Below, in pieces: positions 27,418 to 39,810 of a stretch of 64,000 nucleotides of DNA. How positions within the stretch are numbered: position 1 is the stretch's first letter; the number at the start of each line of letters is the position of its first letter. A model generated the notes under the pieces. It worked only from the letters and a program-made list of their open reading frames with translations. It was not told the origin of the DNA and searched no databases. Source of the stretch: Hydrolagus colliei (taxonomy: Eukaryota); the NCBI GenBank assembly GCA_035084275.1, contig CM068759.1, positions 3,348,001-3,412,000 of the forward strand, in the 5' to 3' direction. Made by a program: the position numbers and the translations under genes.

Positions 27418-27560
27418 CACACACGCCTGATAATAATCCCTCAAAAGAAAATTACAATTATTTAAATCCACGACTGTTTGTGAGACACGGCTGTGTGCAC
27501 TTTTTTGCAATAATTCGCCCACAAAATATACAGTCAATTTACTTTGCAGCATATTCTGTA
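27418..27560 (+). mobile_element. Internal Deu-SINE fragment
   Basis: cacacgcctgataataatccctcaaaa...atccacgactgtttgtg. Confidence 0.8.
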
Positions 27561-30500
27561 TTGTCGATGCTTCTCTTCAACGTCCCTATCTTCACGCCCA
27601 ACTCTTATGCTTTGGCCGTCTTGTAAGAAAGTTCCATTTCCCTCTTTAATTTGAAACGCGATTCACTTATAACAAGTAAAGTCTTACGAGTATTTCTGCC
27701 CATCATAAAATGGGCAATTCTGTGAAATCCATCCAGATTGGAGTTGAATTCTCTACCCAGATGGGCCTCAGCATTGTAAAGCCACAAGAGATTCATGAGC
27801 CACCAGTGATTTTAATTCACACTCATGGAATAATTTAGGCACCTGCTTCCGCACAATCAATGAAATGACAGCTAACTGCTGCTTCTTTTCCAGATTTTCA
27901 GAGACAATATCATTCTCTAAAAGCTGTCGCCACAGTCCTGTTTACACCAGGTGCTTAGAACAACATTAATAAGAACGTGATCTGTTTTTGCTAACACAGG
28001 CCCGGCACGGAAGAGAATCGGCACTAATCAGTTTCAGCTTATGAGTTCAGAAAGGCCCAATAATGAGGTTTGGTCGCTTTGTGTATTTAGGTCAAGTTGT
28101 CTGGGGGCAAACACTTTGACAACCGTTCCTGCTCAACTTTTAGACCTCGTGCATAAAGGAGGATTTTTCCTGCCGGGAATGCTTCAGTATCTTTTTGTTA
28201 TGATCCGGATTAATAACGAGTTGTCACAGGCTAATGTTTACGTGAAGTTGCAGAGACAATTAATGGATATATTGATCCATGAAATCAAATATTGATCATT
28301 TCCCTTTTACACCATGGAATGCAACAGTTTTGTTTCAGTTGTTCGAAAGTTTAGAATGATGTTCACATTCCCACCAATTAGAATTAAATATGTGCACTAA
28401 TCGATTCGCAAGTAGGTAGAGCAGAGAAAAATCTGTCAATAGTACTTTGTTGCAATTTCTAGCGTTCTGGTAAACAGAAAAGATTTTGTTGTGATACCAG
28501 TCAAACAAGCCAGATGGTTATTAATCCTCACTTAAATCCCTCCCTCCCCCCCATAAGACAACGCTGTCGCTTCACACCTCAGCAGTCCTTAACGCTTCAT
28601 TTTTCGGTACCCTGAAGGAAAGCAACCCATCATAACAGCTCCACTCCACAGCTCAGAAAAAAATACAAACTTGCATGTACACAACAAAGTTCTACAGCGT
28701 AACCTCTTCTCCCGATTGCTGGGGCTTGGGGCTACCTGTTAGACACGGAGCACAGATAAATCAATTGATGCTATCCTCACTTAAAATGGTCAGATACCAG
28801 CGGTTTCCTCATGATTCCTATTGCTTTCTGGATCTTAATCTGTACGGTACTGAAACTCTCCTCAGAAACCAGATACTCAATACGAAAATTCTGGCACAAA
28901 TTAGAAAGGGTTGAATCCACACCATGTCATTTCTCCACAAATATAAGAATCGTGTTCTGCGGAACCTCTCGCCATGCAATTATCTGTTCCCGTGACTGCC
29001 TCCGGCCACAACTTGTGAATTCAGGGCTTGCCCCTGCCACAGACGAGAATGTTTCTGTTGAAGGCACCAGGCAAAAGAAAATGTGGTGGAAAAGGGGAGG
29101 GGGTGGCAACTTCAAGAGTATTGTGCCAATGCTGGCAACTTTGAGACATTCTGAAACAATAATAAAACTGAAATAAAATACCTGAATACTGTAATAATAA
29201 TTATTATTTTTTATTACATTTGTGAAATGATTTTTTTCTTGCTAATTTTAAAGGGCAAATATTTTACATGCTTTGCAGAATGTAAAAACAAAACATTCAA
29301 AAGCTGATAGAAAGAGCTTGGCAGCTTTGGTAGCCTGGAAACATGCAGCCAGGACCAAAGACTCACTCTGGTGGCAGGCAGAATTCACAAGTATACTCCA
29401 AGGATATCAGTATCATTGCCTGCATAAAACATTTGGCAAGTGGGTGAATTTTTAATGCCAGCGCGAGGGAAGGAGCAATCTTTGAATGCAGTTTGTTACT
29501 GCAGAATGGCGGATAACCCAAAATAAAGCACAGTAGTAACAAAAATAATTCTTACATTTGATATACTGCCGGGAAGATGCCTCAATTTACTTCACAGGCT
29601 ACACTTTAAAGTGTGGGAACTATGTATTTTATAAGCAAGCAAGTAAGAAGAACTATAATAATAATTATGCTTAAGGCTCACTTGCGATCAGCACGTCAAG
29701 TGATTTCATGCAGAAGAATAGAGTTGGCTGGATTTTCTTTGAAAAACTTCTATTAATGTGAGTAAATAAATGGAAAATCACTGTCTTCTGGTATGCTCTG
29801 TGGACTCCTTTCATGACATTACAGTTCATGCTTGCAAACCTCTATTTTCAGATGGTAGAATGTGGCGGAATTGATTTCTCTAGGACAAATTAAACGTTAG
29901 TTCTGCATAGTTAGCTCTTATCCTTAAGCAAAAATCAACAACCTGAAAGCCAGTTGCTTTCACCAGAATTCATCCAATATGATTGCTTATCCCCAATGCC
30001 CACCAATCCAGTTTCTCTAATACTTTGGGTTGGCTATTGTGATTCATATAAAACAGATCTACTTTGTTATTGTGCTCGAGCCTACAGGTATTGAATTGAC
30101 AACAATTATCATGAGCTATAGCACAAATGAACAAGACAGATAGTGGCTCTTCTGAGTTTTGGTCACTTCATTCACATAAGTAAAATATTGTGCTCACTTG
30201 GCATCAGAGTCCAATTCCTCCACTTTTAATGAGAATACTGTAGTTACAAATGCTTCAATAATCGCTGGTGCATCACATCACTTACTTCTTGTGCCCCTTT
30301 AGAGATAAGTCAATTTTATAAATCCACATTGAAATACGGAATTTATCATTGCGTGAAGGGGGAGGAGTAAGAGAGAGGGAGGCTTCTCAGCCCCATATTA
30401 ATCCTAACCTATCATCAAGATATCAACAGATCAAATCATGCAAACAACTTATTAAAACTGTTGTCTCTGACAGTAATAGCAAAGTGCTGACTGTATCTCT

Positions 30501-31867
30501 CCTACAATACAACTCAGATGCCTTTGAATATTGCGAGTGGGCTGCTGATTAGATAAAGAGCAATGAATTATAATTATGACTTGGGAGTCCACTCAACTAT
30601 ATGAACGTAGCACTTCAATTGAAAATCATAGCATGGCTTGTCTTCTTGTCGATAGATATGAACCCCTTTTACTTCATGTCGTAACTGGCCTCCAAACATT
30701 GCATGTGTATTGTACCCTGGATTTACTTGGAGATCTTCACATAAAGAACCACGTCAAAGCTCTTGGCAAATGTAGTTGTGAGCACCAACAGGGTTGATGG
30801 AGATGAAATGTGTGGGGGAGCAATACATTTAGCATTTTGGGAACATGTGGACAAACGGAGAATGTGCATTTTAACCACTTACACTAATGGTTCCAGATTT
30901 TCACACAGTTTAATTTAATGATAAAAATTAGTCCATGTATTTCCAAACAAAAACCCTCCAGATTTCCTGAATATTGACCCCATTAAACTTTACATTAAAG
31001 TAGGCCAGCAAATCAACTTTCTTCGCAAGGCGCCTCCATTAAGATACAAAGGCAGCTTCTTACGATCGGCAAATATTTCAGTGGCAGAGGTTGAAAATCA
31101 AATTTCTTTGGATGCATTCAAGCTCCTTGCCATGTACCATATTTCAGATGTAATCACGTCCCCTACAATAAAAAACTCGAAGGAGCTCTTCCCTTGAGCA
31201 TGACATTGGCCTTTGCCCTATCAGGAAGGTTGCAGAATTATTGCGAATTAATACTGAATTTGATAGGTTTGTATTGTTGAATACAGCTCCAACGGGAACC
31301 GAAATGAAACTGCTCAGATTGATTTATTTTGAAATGTGGTCATATCACATTCAAAGATCTTTCTATTATTTCGAGTGAAGATCTCAAATGGGGTATTAAA
31401 CCAAAAAACTCATACTCTCAAGTGCTGCCTATTTTATATCCTCCACGAGAACTGTTTAACTCCTGCTTTCAGAGCCTAACTTGTCATTTTCTTAGGATGA
31501 AAAATACCTTCATTATATTTGTTATTTCAGTGTATTGCCTTGTGCAGCGTAGAACAGTTACAAAGAGAGGATGATATGAATGCACCAATATCTTTAAACC
31601 AGCTGGAAATGCGATGGTACAGGAATGGAATTGACTTGTTAACTTTAGCTGTGTATGATTGACAGAAAGAGATCATCAGAGGTTGTGAGAAACATCATTG
31701 TTCCTGAGCTGCTGAGATTTTCTTGCGACTATGAAGCTATCCTTCATGAGGTGCACACTATAAATGCAGGTTGTATTCTGGTGTTCAGCTTATTTTTTTC
31801 CGTGGGAAAATAGAAACAAGGGGTAAAGCTTTGTAGAATTCTCCGGGGTCAAACTAAATTGATGAAG

Positions 31868-32165
31868 TAATAATAATATCTTTGGATTTGATACCTAAGC
31901 ACATTATCATTCTGTCAAATGTCTTAAAAGTGCTCCACAGGATTTACTGTGAAGTGCACAAAATGTATATTTGTAGACAAGTGAGGCAACCAATTTGCCC
32001 ACAGCAACTATCCCACAAACCACCATGAAGTGATTAACCAATTTTATCTGAGGGATTGTTGGCCAGGACACTGGCAAAAACTCTCAGTGTTGCACCACGG
32101 TCATATCTTACACTATGAGCTCTAAGCCTTAAAGTGGGTCTTGAACCCACAATGATCTGACTCAA
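31868..32165 (-). mobile_element. Old DeuSINE remnant
   Basis: caaccaatttgcccacagcaactatcccacaaac and gattgttggccaggacactgg are reverse-complement Deu motifs. Confidence 0.7.
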
Positions 32166-32799
32166 CAAGAAATTACATTTCATGTCAGAAGGGCGTCTCA
32201 AGGCATGATTCAAAGCCCAAATTGTGACTGACTGAACCAGATCGACACCTGTAGAGTGCAAGATAAGGGATTGTACATAGTCTCTGGCAGGGAAAGCTGT
32301 GGCAAAGAACAGGCATCATGAGATATATTGGAGAGTCTTACATATGTTGATTTTTAACAGGGTTCTTCATTAAGGAATTTGAGTGAAGATTCCTTCTGGT
32401 AGCCAGAGACCCATTGTGTCCATACTTAGGAATTAGATAGTTTTGGAAAGAGAATTTCCATTGGGCTGGTGTGAGGTATATAATTCTGGTTTCCTTCTCG
32501 AGCAATCCTGTGAAAGACTAATCTATAGTAAATCTTGGACTTCCTTCCAAACAGGTAATGATAAGGTCTTCTATTTGATGAAAAAACAACAACAAAAATT
32601 GCATTTGTGTCGCCTTAGTGTCGCGCCTTTCACGTCGGGAGGACATCCCAAAGCGCTGAATAAATATGAAAAGAATTTATCTTCTTACAAACCATAGTAG
32701 CGTTTCTGCACAAAGTACAAGAGGAATAATTTAATTTTACACCCACAGACTACAGTGTGACTGTACCAGATTTCTTTAAATTGGGATTTAGGGTTCACA

Positions 32800-33135
32800 G
32801 AATACCAAGTGTCAGTCTAGGCTTAAACTCCAGTACAGAACTGGGGTTGTTGTATTGCTAGAGGTCTCATCCGTCAGACGAGACGTTAAACCAAGGTCAC
32901 GTTTGCCTTTTCAGGCAGACGCTAAAGATCCCATAACACAATTCAAAAAGAGAAAGGAATTTCTCTGTGTAACATGGGACAATTCCCCGGATAAAATCGG
33001 CCATTCATTTTGTGTTGGTTGTGGGACATTGCAACATACAAATTTGCCGCTGTGTTCCTCTACAGTTATTACACTTTCTCATAAATCCGCTTTGTGAACC
33101 GCTTTGAGATGACCCACCATGAAAGGAGCCATAAG
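32800..33135 (+). mobile_element. Old DeuSINE (SacSINE1-like) with longer Deu domain
   Basis: cagacgagacgttaaaccaagg...aaagatcccat...tgtgggacattgc...gtgaaccgctttgagatg. Confidence 0.75.
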
Positions 33136-36100
33136 AAATATTGAAAGAGTTAAATGTGCTTTTCTTCAACATTCTGGTATATCAAGTAGAGATTGATAGA
33201 GCATGAAGGGTGCATTCTCTATGAAGCTGAAGGATGAAGATTTAAATCCCAGCATTGTGCAGAATTGCTTTTTCATTAAATATAAAAATCCATCCTGTAC
33301 ACATCAAGAAACAAAATACTGTCTAGAGAAACACCATCACGATCAGCACAAACAGATAGCTGGCTGCCCACTGAGAGCAACTGCAACTAGCAAGATTTTA
33401 AATGATATTGCATTGTAATTCGAGTGGATAATTCTAATGCCAGTCAATATAATTCATGCTTCAGAAATAAATACCGTATTCAAACATATTTTGTTTTAGG
33501 GAAGATAAATGGTTGGATTAACTTTCTTAACAGAGAAGTACAGTTTGCCCAAATGTATCAGAGCGGTGCAGTTGTACAGTTATCCCGATTACCACTGATA
33601 TCATACGTGGGGTCAATATCATTCTGAAGAAACAAGGCTTATGAAAATCCTGCTGCATTAATCCTTTTACGAGCCTCAGAAATCAAATAACTTCCTGCAG
33701 AGTGCCTGGAACCTTGTGAGGAACATTGCCATTGGGAAAGAAGGTGTAGATTAAGGGGACAATGTACTGCGAAAAATAATCCTTTGAATCAACAAGAGCA
33801 CGAGGTGCACAATAGCTTTCAACACCAAGGAAGAATGTGGAGCAAACTCTCGCCCAATCAATCACATCAAGGGAAAACACTGACAGACAATTTGTCCACA
33901 CTCTACTTTTATTAATGCAGATCAGATATTTATCGCCAAACTGAATGCCTTTGGAATTCTTACCTTTAGTCTAATTTGTTTTAAACCCATTACTGCGGTC
34001 AGAAAATCTATTGCATGTACATTGAAGTGTTCAAACAATATTTCTTATCACCGTGGCTTACCTCTCCTACAACACTCCCTTCAGTCTCAAACAATCACAT
34101 TTGAGGTTATAAATTTGTCTTGGCATGATGGACACACACGTACATATACATCAATAAACTCCTAAAATAATAATTCAAATAGACAGAGGCTGCTGGAGAT
34201 GAACATTGGTAAGGTTGTATGAGTTTGGTTCAACCTTAAATGTTTTATTAGCTTTTCGAAATTAATTATGTTAAGAATGTATAATTAATTTCAAGTTAAT
34301 GATTTAGAAGTCTGTGAAAAATTACTGCGCGAGTGATATCAAGACTCAGGAGCACATGATTTTCCACAGCAGCAAATCATTAAATAAAAAATGACAATTA
34401 TACTTAATCGGGTCACTTTCTGCATAACTGCACGTTTAACACAGCAGGTTTGGGTGGGGTGAAGATGTAACCCACATTTGTATAGGTCATAAAAGTGAGA
34501 AATAAGTGCCAGGATGTAACAGTACATTTGCCAATGGGAAACAGTTTTCATATTAAATAACAATAACGAGAGAACCAGCCAGCGATAAGTCTCGGAAGGA
34601 TAGACATGTCACAAAAACTGACCCTCATGGCGGCCAGAAAGCACAGGAAGGGATCAGAGATTGCCTTGAGTGTCGGTAGGGCTATCACTGACTTCCTATC
34701 GCCTGATGCACGCTTCAACAACTCTGGTTCAGCCTTTATACAGGTGACGGTGCTCAATGTGACGACACTGCCTGGGAGAGTTTAGCCTTCGAACATGATA
34801 GCAAGTGAAGCTTCACAAATGGCATTCTATGAAGATTCAAGAGAACAAATAAAATAATTCCGTGATTTTAACCACACGATTGCGTTGGGTGGGTTTATTC
34901 ATCTGAGCTCCTTTGAGTTGCTGGGATCATGGCTGATCGGAAAATTCAGCAGTCGTGATGCCATCAGAATTTGTATTAACCAAGTCATCAAATGACGTGG
35001 AACCATCTTTGACGCCATCAAGCAAATGCTTGGGGAGGTCTGGGCTATTGGATGGCTTAAACCGCTAGATCTGATTTCTAGTCAATCCAACTGGTTTTTC
35101 TTTTTTTGTGAAAAAAGAACCTAAATGAAACCTCCAAAACTGCATGGAATATGCAGGGAAACGTAAAACAAGTTAGGGAAATAGACGATACAGACAAAAG
35201 GGGAGACTCGAGAGTTGGAGACACAAAAAGGTACGTTATCCAGGATAAAACGCCCTCAGTTATTGTAAATAAAGGATTCTTCAGCATAAATCACTTTGAT
35301 ACAAATTTGACAGTCTTCAAGGAATCTCTCTTCCTAATATTTGGCAATGACACAAATCTTTCCGCGTCTCCCTTTACGTTCACTTTGTGAAACACAAAAT
35401 ATTTTTAGGCACTTTGTTGAAATAATCTCTGCATTTGTTCAGAATACTGATATAACCTTGTTCGAGGGTGGGATTGGGGGCAAGGCACCATAGGGTTAAT
35501 ATCCCAATATGAATCTAGCCGGATGACGAGAGGGTGAGTTATAGTGAGGCTCATAAGTGGAGACATTTGTTCCATCAAACAAATGAGAACTTTGTCACTT
35601 GGAGACTGCACTGTTTGCCTGCACTGACATGACTCCACACAATTGTTATCAATGCACAGAATAAAGCTCACCCACATAGCCATATATTATACTTGTCGTG
35701 ATGGAATGCCTGTTAACTGATCATACGATTTGAATAAGATTTATGTTGTCATGTTACATGCTTTTGAAAAACAATTGTCATCTTCAAGACAAATGCCTTC
35801 TCTTGGGGGTGGGGTGGGATGAGTGGGGTGGGGGGAAGAAAAATCCATTGACTTTGTATCACTAAATTCAGTCTCTGCCCCCAATAGCTTGTATCAGTCA
35901 GTCAGTCCAAGATATTTTTGCACATTTCTTGAAACATTCGAGCCTGATAATATACAGTTTCTTTCCATATTATCGAGGAACAAAAAGTTTCCGAAAATAA
36001 GATTCATCCAAGGACATTTCTGCAATCAAATCTGTCCACGAAACTGCTAAAAGTAGCAGAGTGACCAAAGGGTGAAATCTTTCTCTCACTCACTCCCACC

Positions 36101-37077
36101 CAACACCCACTTCCCACCCCATTGCATCCCCAATTCACCACTACCAGTTAGTGTTCTAATGGCTATTCACTCTTGTTTCCAATCCCAAATTTGTCCATTT
36201 AGAAAAAAAAACTAGACATCCGGGATATTTAATATATTATAGATATGTATATATATATATCTAATACAATATGTAGGTACCTCATTGTTAAAATTCAGAC
36301 GCAAAAAACATCATTTTGTATGGCAGGCTTAATTCAAAGATCAACTTCAAATAATTCTGAATTTTTACTTTGTCCTATTTCAATTCCAGCAATTCCTGTC
36401 CAAAGGAGTTGGGAATCAATGAAACCGACGAACGCAAAGGAATCACAACACAAGAGATATACAGTATATATACAGTATATATACCACAGTGCTAAGATTC
36501 CTTCTTCTTGTTTCTTTTTTTTACAATAAATGCTTTACAAGCAATAGCAATTCCTTGACACACAAACACGCACGCAACACACACACAGAGTGGAGTGAAC
36601 AGTTTATCGGAGGTAAAGTTTTCATAGGTGAAAATGATGAAACTAACAATTTGCATGTACAGTAACTGGAGTACCAGCAGAATGGTGACATGGAAATAAA
36701 TGATTGTTTCACAGCAAGTGCTGGCCTGTGTTTAAAAATAATGAATCAGTGTAACTACACACATCACATATACAGATGGGTAGGTGAAACATGCAAGCAC
36801 AGTTTAAAACGATAAGAATTCTGCAAAAAGAAAAGGGAGAGGTGATGGGAAGGGGGGGGGGGGGGGGGGGGGTGGAAAATGTACTGACACTGTGTACATC
36901 GATGTACAGTATAGCACACCCCAAAAACTAGTGGTCGCCAAACGCAAGGGAAAGAAAGAATGAAACTGTGTGTGAGAGAGAGAGAGAGAACAGCGAATCA
37001 TTCTGCAGAGACGGCTTTGCTTTACAGTACAGTACTTGCTGAGATCCCAAATTCTGAAAGCAAATCGACTGCATAGA

Positions 37078-37109
<32 letters not shown>

Positions 37110-37563
37110 TCACACACACACACACACACAAAGAAGGTTCATCTCCCAGTCCCATCGATTAAAAAAAACAAGACAGAACACTGATAACCTGCTCACATAA
37201 TAATAATAAAATGATTTTTTTTTACAAAAAAGTACAGAAGGGAAGTTTGATTGAAGCTAAGGAGAGAGGGAGGGTTTACACATGTACAGTGATTAAGGTT
37301 AATTGCCATTTGCGAGAAGAGAACCTTTTCTTCCCCCCTCCTTTTTGCAGTGGTTCCTGCAAAGTAAAGGGTGGGGGGGGGGGGGGGGGGGGAGGCAAAG
37401 GGATATATTGACTAAAATATCAAGCTCTACCTTCAAATTGGGGGGGGGGGGGAGACAGAGAGAGACAGAGAGAGACAGAGAGAAAGCTTATTTTCTTTCT
37501 CTCTCTCTCTCTCTCTCTGCTCCCCTCTCCCCACCATCAACACGCAGTGATTTGCTTTCTTAC

Positions 37564-37681
37564 CTCTCAGCAAGTGCTGGCCTTCAGATATACTCCCGGT
37601 GGCAATAAAGGCTGTATATGTATCTTCCGAAAATCCATCCCTACAAGAGGAAACAAGCTCTTCCGATTCCGTTGCTGCTGG
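37564..37681 (-). other. Candidate exon 2 of the minus-strand transcript (118 nt; 77 nt if the acceptor at 37640 is used)
   Basis: Unique sequence among microsatellites; long pyrimidine tract ending cctggcag|, second acceptor tttcctcttgtag|, donor GAG|gtaaga. Confidence 0.6.
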
Positions 37682-38664
37682 CTGCCAGGATGAAGCAGAG
37701 AGAGAGAGAGAGAAAAAAAATCCCATTTAAACTTATTTGCTGCTTCAACTAAGATCTTTCTCTCCTTTCCCCCCCCCCCCACCCTTTCTTCCTCTCTCCC
37801 TTCTCCCCCCCCCCCCCCCCCTATTTCTGTATTAATATAATATAGATATATATATATACACACACACATTAACAATCTCCCCCACCTCCCTCCCCTTGCA
37901 CACACAAGCAGAACATGTTCAACACGATTTGCAGAGAAGAAAGATACGAGAATAATCATACATTAGCTAGTCACCCCTTGTGCAATGCCATATAATGCAA
38001 TTATACAGTCTAGGCTTTGACAATTAAGTATCTCTTCGGCTCGCAAAGCTTCTCACACACACACACACAGACACAGAGACACACACTCTCTCTTATTCCC
38101 TCTCCATCTATCATATCTATCTATCTGTCTGTCTGTCGGTCCATGCAACAAGCAATAAATACAGTTGCAGCGATCGCCCGCAAATGAAACAAGAATAATA
38201 TATGTCTCTCTAGTCTCTCACCCGAATAGTAGAGAGAAGCAAAGCGATGGGAAGGCTGGAACCTGGGACCAGCATTCTGCCAACTGTACCCTCTCTCTCT
38301 CTCCCTCTCTCTCTCTCTCCCACTCACCCACCCCCCCCCCCCCCCCACCCACCCAACCCACAACCCACACCACAACAAAAAGTCGCCCAAAGTTTTTTTT
38401 TCTTATATAACAGGTCAAATCAAAATCTCTCTCTCCCTCTCTTTCTGTCGTTTTTTTTCCTCTCTCTCTTTAGTGCTGATGTAAGTACAGAGAGAGAGAG
38501 AGGGAGAGGGAGGAGAGGCAGGGAGGGAACAGTGCTGAGAGAGAGAGCTTGTTGTCTGTGCTGTGCTGTGCTGTGCTCTCTGTGCTGTGTTCTCTCTCTC
38601 CTCTAGACTCTTGTGTCACTTACACGCTGCAGGTGCTCAAGTACCTCTCCACCAACTGCGGCAT
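37567..38664 (-). CDS. Hypothetical spliced small ORF/uORF, 51 aa (38664-38624 joined to 37681-37567)
   Basis: MPQLVERYLSTCSVQQQRNRKSLFPLVGMDFRKIHIQPLLPPGVYLKASTC*; frame is open across the predicted junction; weak Kozak context; no homolog recognised. Confidence 0.25.
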
Positions 38665-38720
38665 CAACACGTCAGCAGCTCCCTCCCATAGGAGCTGATA
38701 GACAGGCAAGGCAAAGCACT
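38624..38720 (-). other. Candidate first exon of the minus-strand transcript (5' end uncertain)
   Basis: Unique sequence ending in donor CGT|gtaagt, preceded on the minus strand by a GGGA/GGA purine tract and no acceptor. Confidence 0.55.
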
Positions 38721-38875
38721 CCCTCCCTCCCTCCATCCATCCATCCTTCTTTCCTTCCTCCCTCCCTCTTGTCTCTCTCTCCCTCCCTCCCTCCCTTCCT
38801 TCCCTTCCTTCACTCCCTCCCTCCATCCTTCTTTCCTCTCTCCCTCTTCTCTCCCTCCCTCCCTCACTCCCTCAC
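38660..38875 (-). promoter_or_regulatory. Putative promoter/TSS region, truncated by the gap
   Basis: Lies at and upstream of the first candidate exon; CRE-like TGACGT at 38669-38674; homopurine tract; neighbourhood depleted of SINEs. Confidence 0.4.
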
Positions 38876-39105
38876 NNNNNNNNNNNNNNNNNNNNNNNNN
38901 NNNNNNNNNNNNNNNNNNNNNNNNNNNNNNNNNNNNNNNNNNNNNNNNNNNNNNNNNNNNNNNNNNNNNNNNNNNNNNNNNNNNNNNNNNNNNNNNNNNN
39001 NNNNNNNNNNNNNNNNNNNNNNNNNNNNNNNNNNNNNNNNNNNNNNNNNNNNNNNNNNNNNNNNNNNNNNNNNNNNNNNNNNNNNNNNNNNNNNNNNNNN
39101 NNNNN
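38876..39105. other. Assembly gap (230 N)
   Basis: Run of N. Confidence 1.
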
Positions 39106-39120
39106 TCAACGAGCATTTTC

Positions 39121-39463
39121 GAGCTCCCATAGCTCGGTGGTCAGAGTACGCACGCCTTGCAAGCGTGAGACCTGGGTTTCGAACGCAGGCAGCTCAGGGG
39201 CGAAACATTAGCGCAAGTTTCCTTGCTCCACACATACACGCACGCATACAATAATAATCCGTCCCCCCCAAAAAAACCACAATAATAAAAATCGGTCATT
39301 TCAATCCACGACTGTTTGTGGGGGACGCCGCTGTGCGCAATTGGCTGCTGTGTTTCGCCCACAAATATAGGGTCAATTCACTTTACAAGTATAATCTGTG
39401 AAGCGCTTTGAGGCGTCTAGAAGACGTGAAAAGCGCTATATCAAATGCAAGGATTATTATTAT
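39121..39463 (+). mobile_element. Full-length tRNA-headed Deu-domain SINE (variant head)
   Basis: tagctcggtgg A box, ggtttcgaacgc B-box-like, intact core and tail, many CpGs retained. Confidence 0.92.
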
Positions 39464-39540
39464 AATATTTACGTTACAATACTTACGGCCAATGTTGCAG
39501 GCAAGAGGACTCTCTTTATTTTGTTTGATAATGAGAATGG

Positions 39541-39810
39541 TAATCCTTGCATTGAATGCAATGCTTTTTAGCGTCTTCCAGACGTCTCAAAAGTACTTCG
39601 CGGAACAGGCTGTCAGGTGAATTGACTGTGCGTTTGTGGGACCGAAACGCGGCATCCAATTGCGCACAGAGGCGTCCCCACAAACAACCGTGGATTGAAA
39701 TGACCGATTTATTACAGGTTTTTTTTTGTTTTGAAGGGATTATTATTATCAGGTGGGTGGAGTAAGGAAACTTGCCCCAAGGTTTCGCCCGACACTGGAA
39801 TTGAACTCAG
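39541..39810 (-). mobile_element. Deu-domain SINE, head truncated near the B box
   Basis: Reverse complement homologous to 39121-39463. Confidence 0.9.

Larger units (their letters stand above)
36800..38875. repeat. Cluster of simple repeats: poly-G/C, (GA)n, (CA)n, (TA)n, (CCCT)n
   Basis: Directly visible; surrounds the two candidate 5' exons. Confidence 0.9.

Noticed and set aside
38590-38632. Plus-strand acceptor tctctctctcctctag
   Set aside because: Pyrimidine tract is explained by a (TC)n microsatellite and no matching donor or exon chain follows
37564-38720. Assigning a gene name (e.g. TCF/LEF because of the MPQL start)
   Set aside because: Sequence after MPQL does not match TCF/LEF, and I do not recognise the leader
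38613-39254. Long ORFs (213, 150 and 88 aa) around the gap
   Set aside because: They read through N and low-complexity repeats
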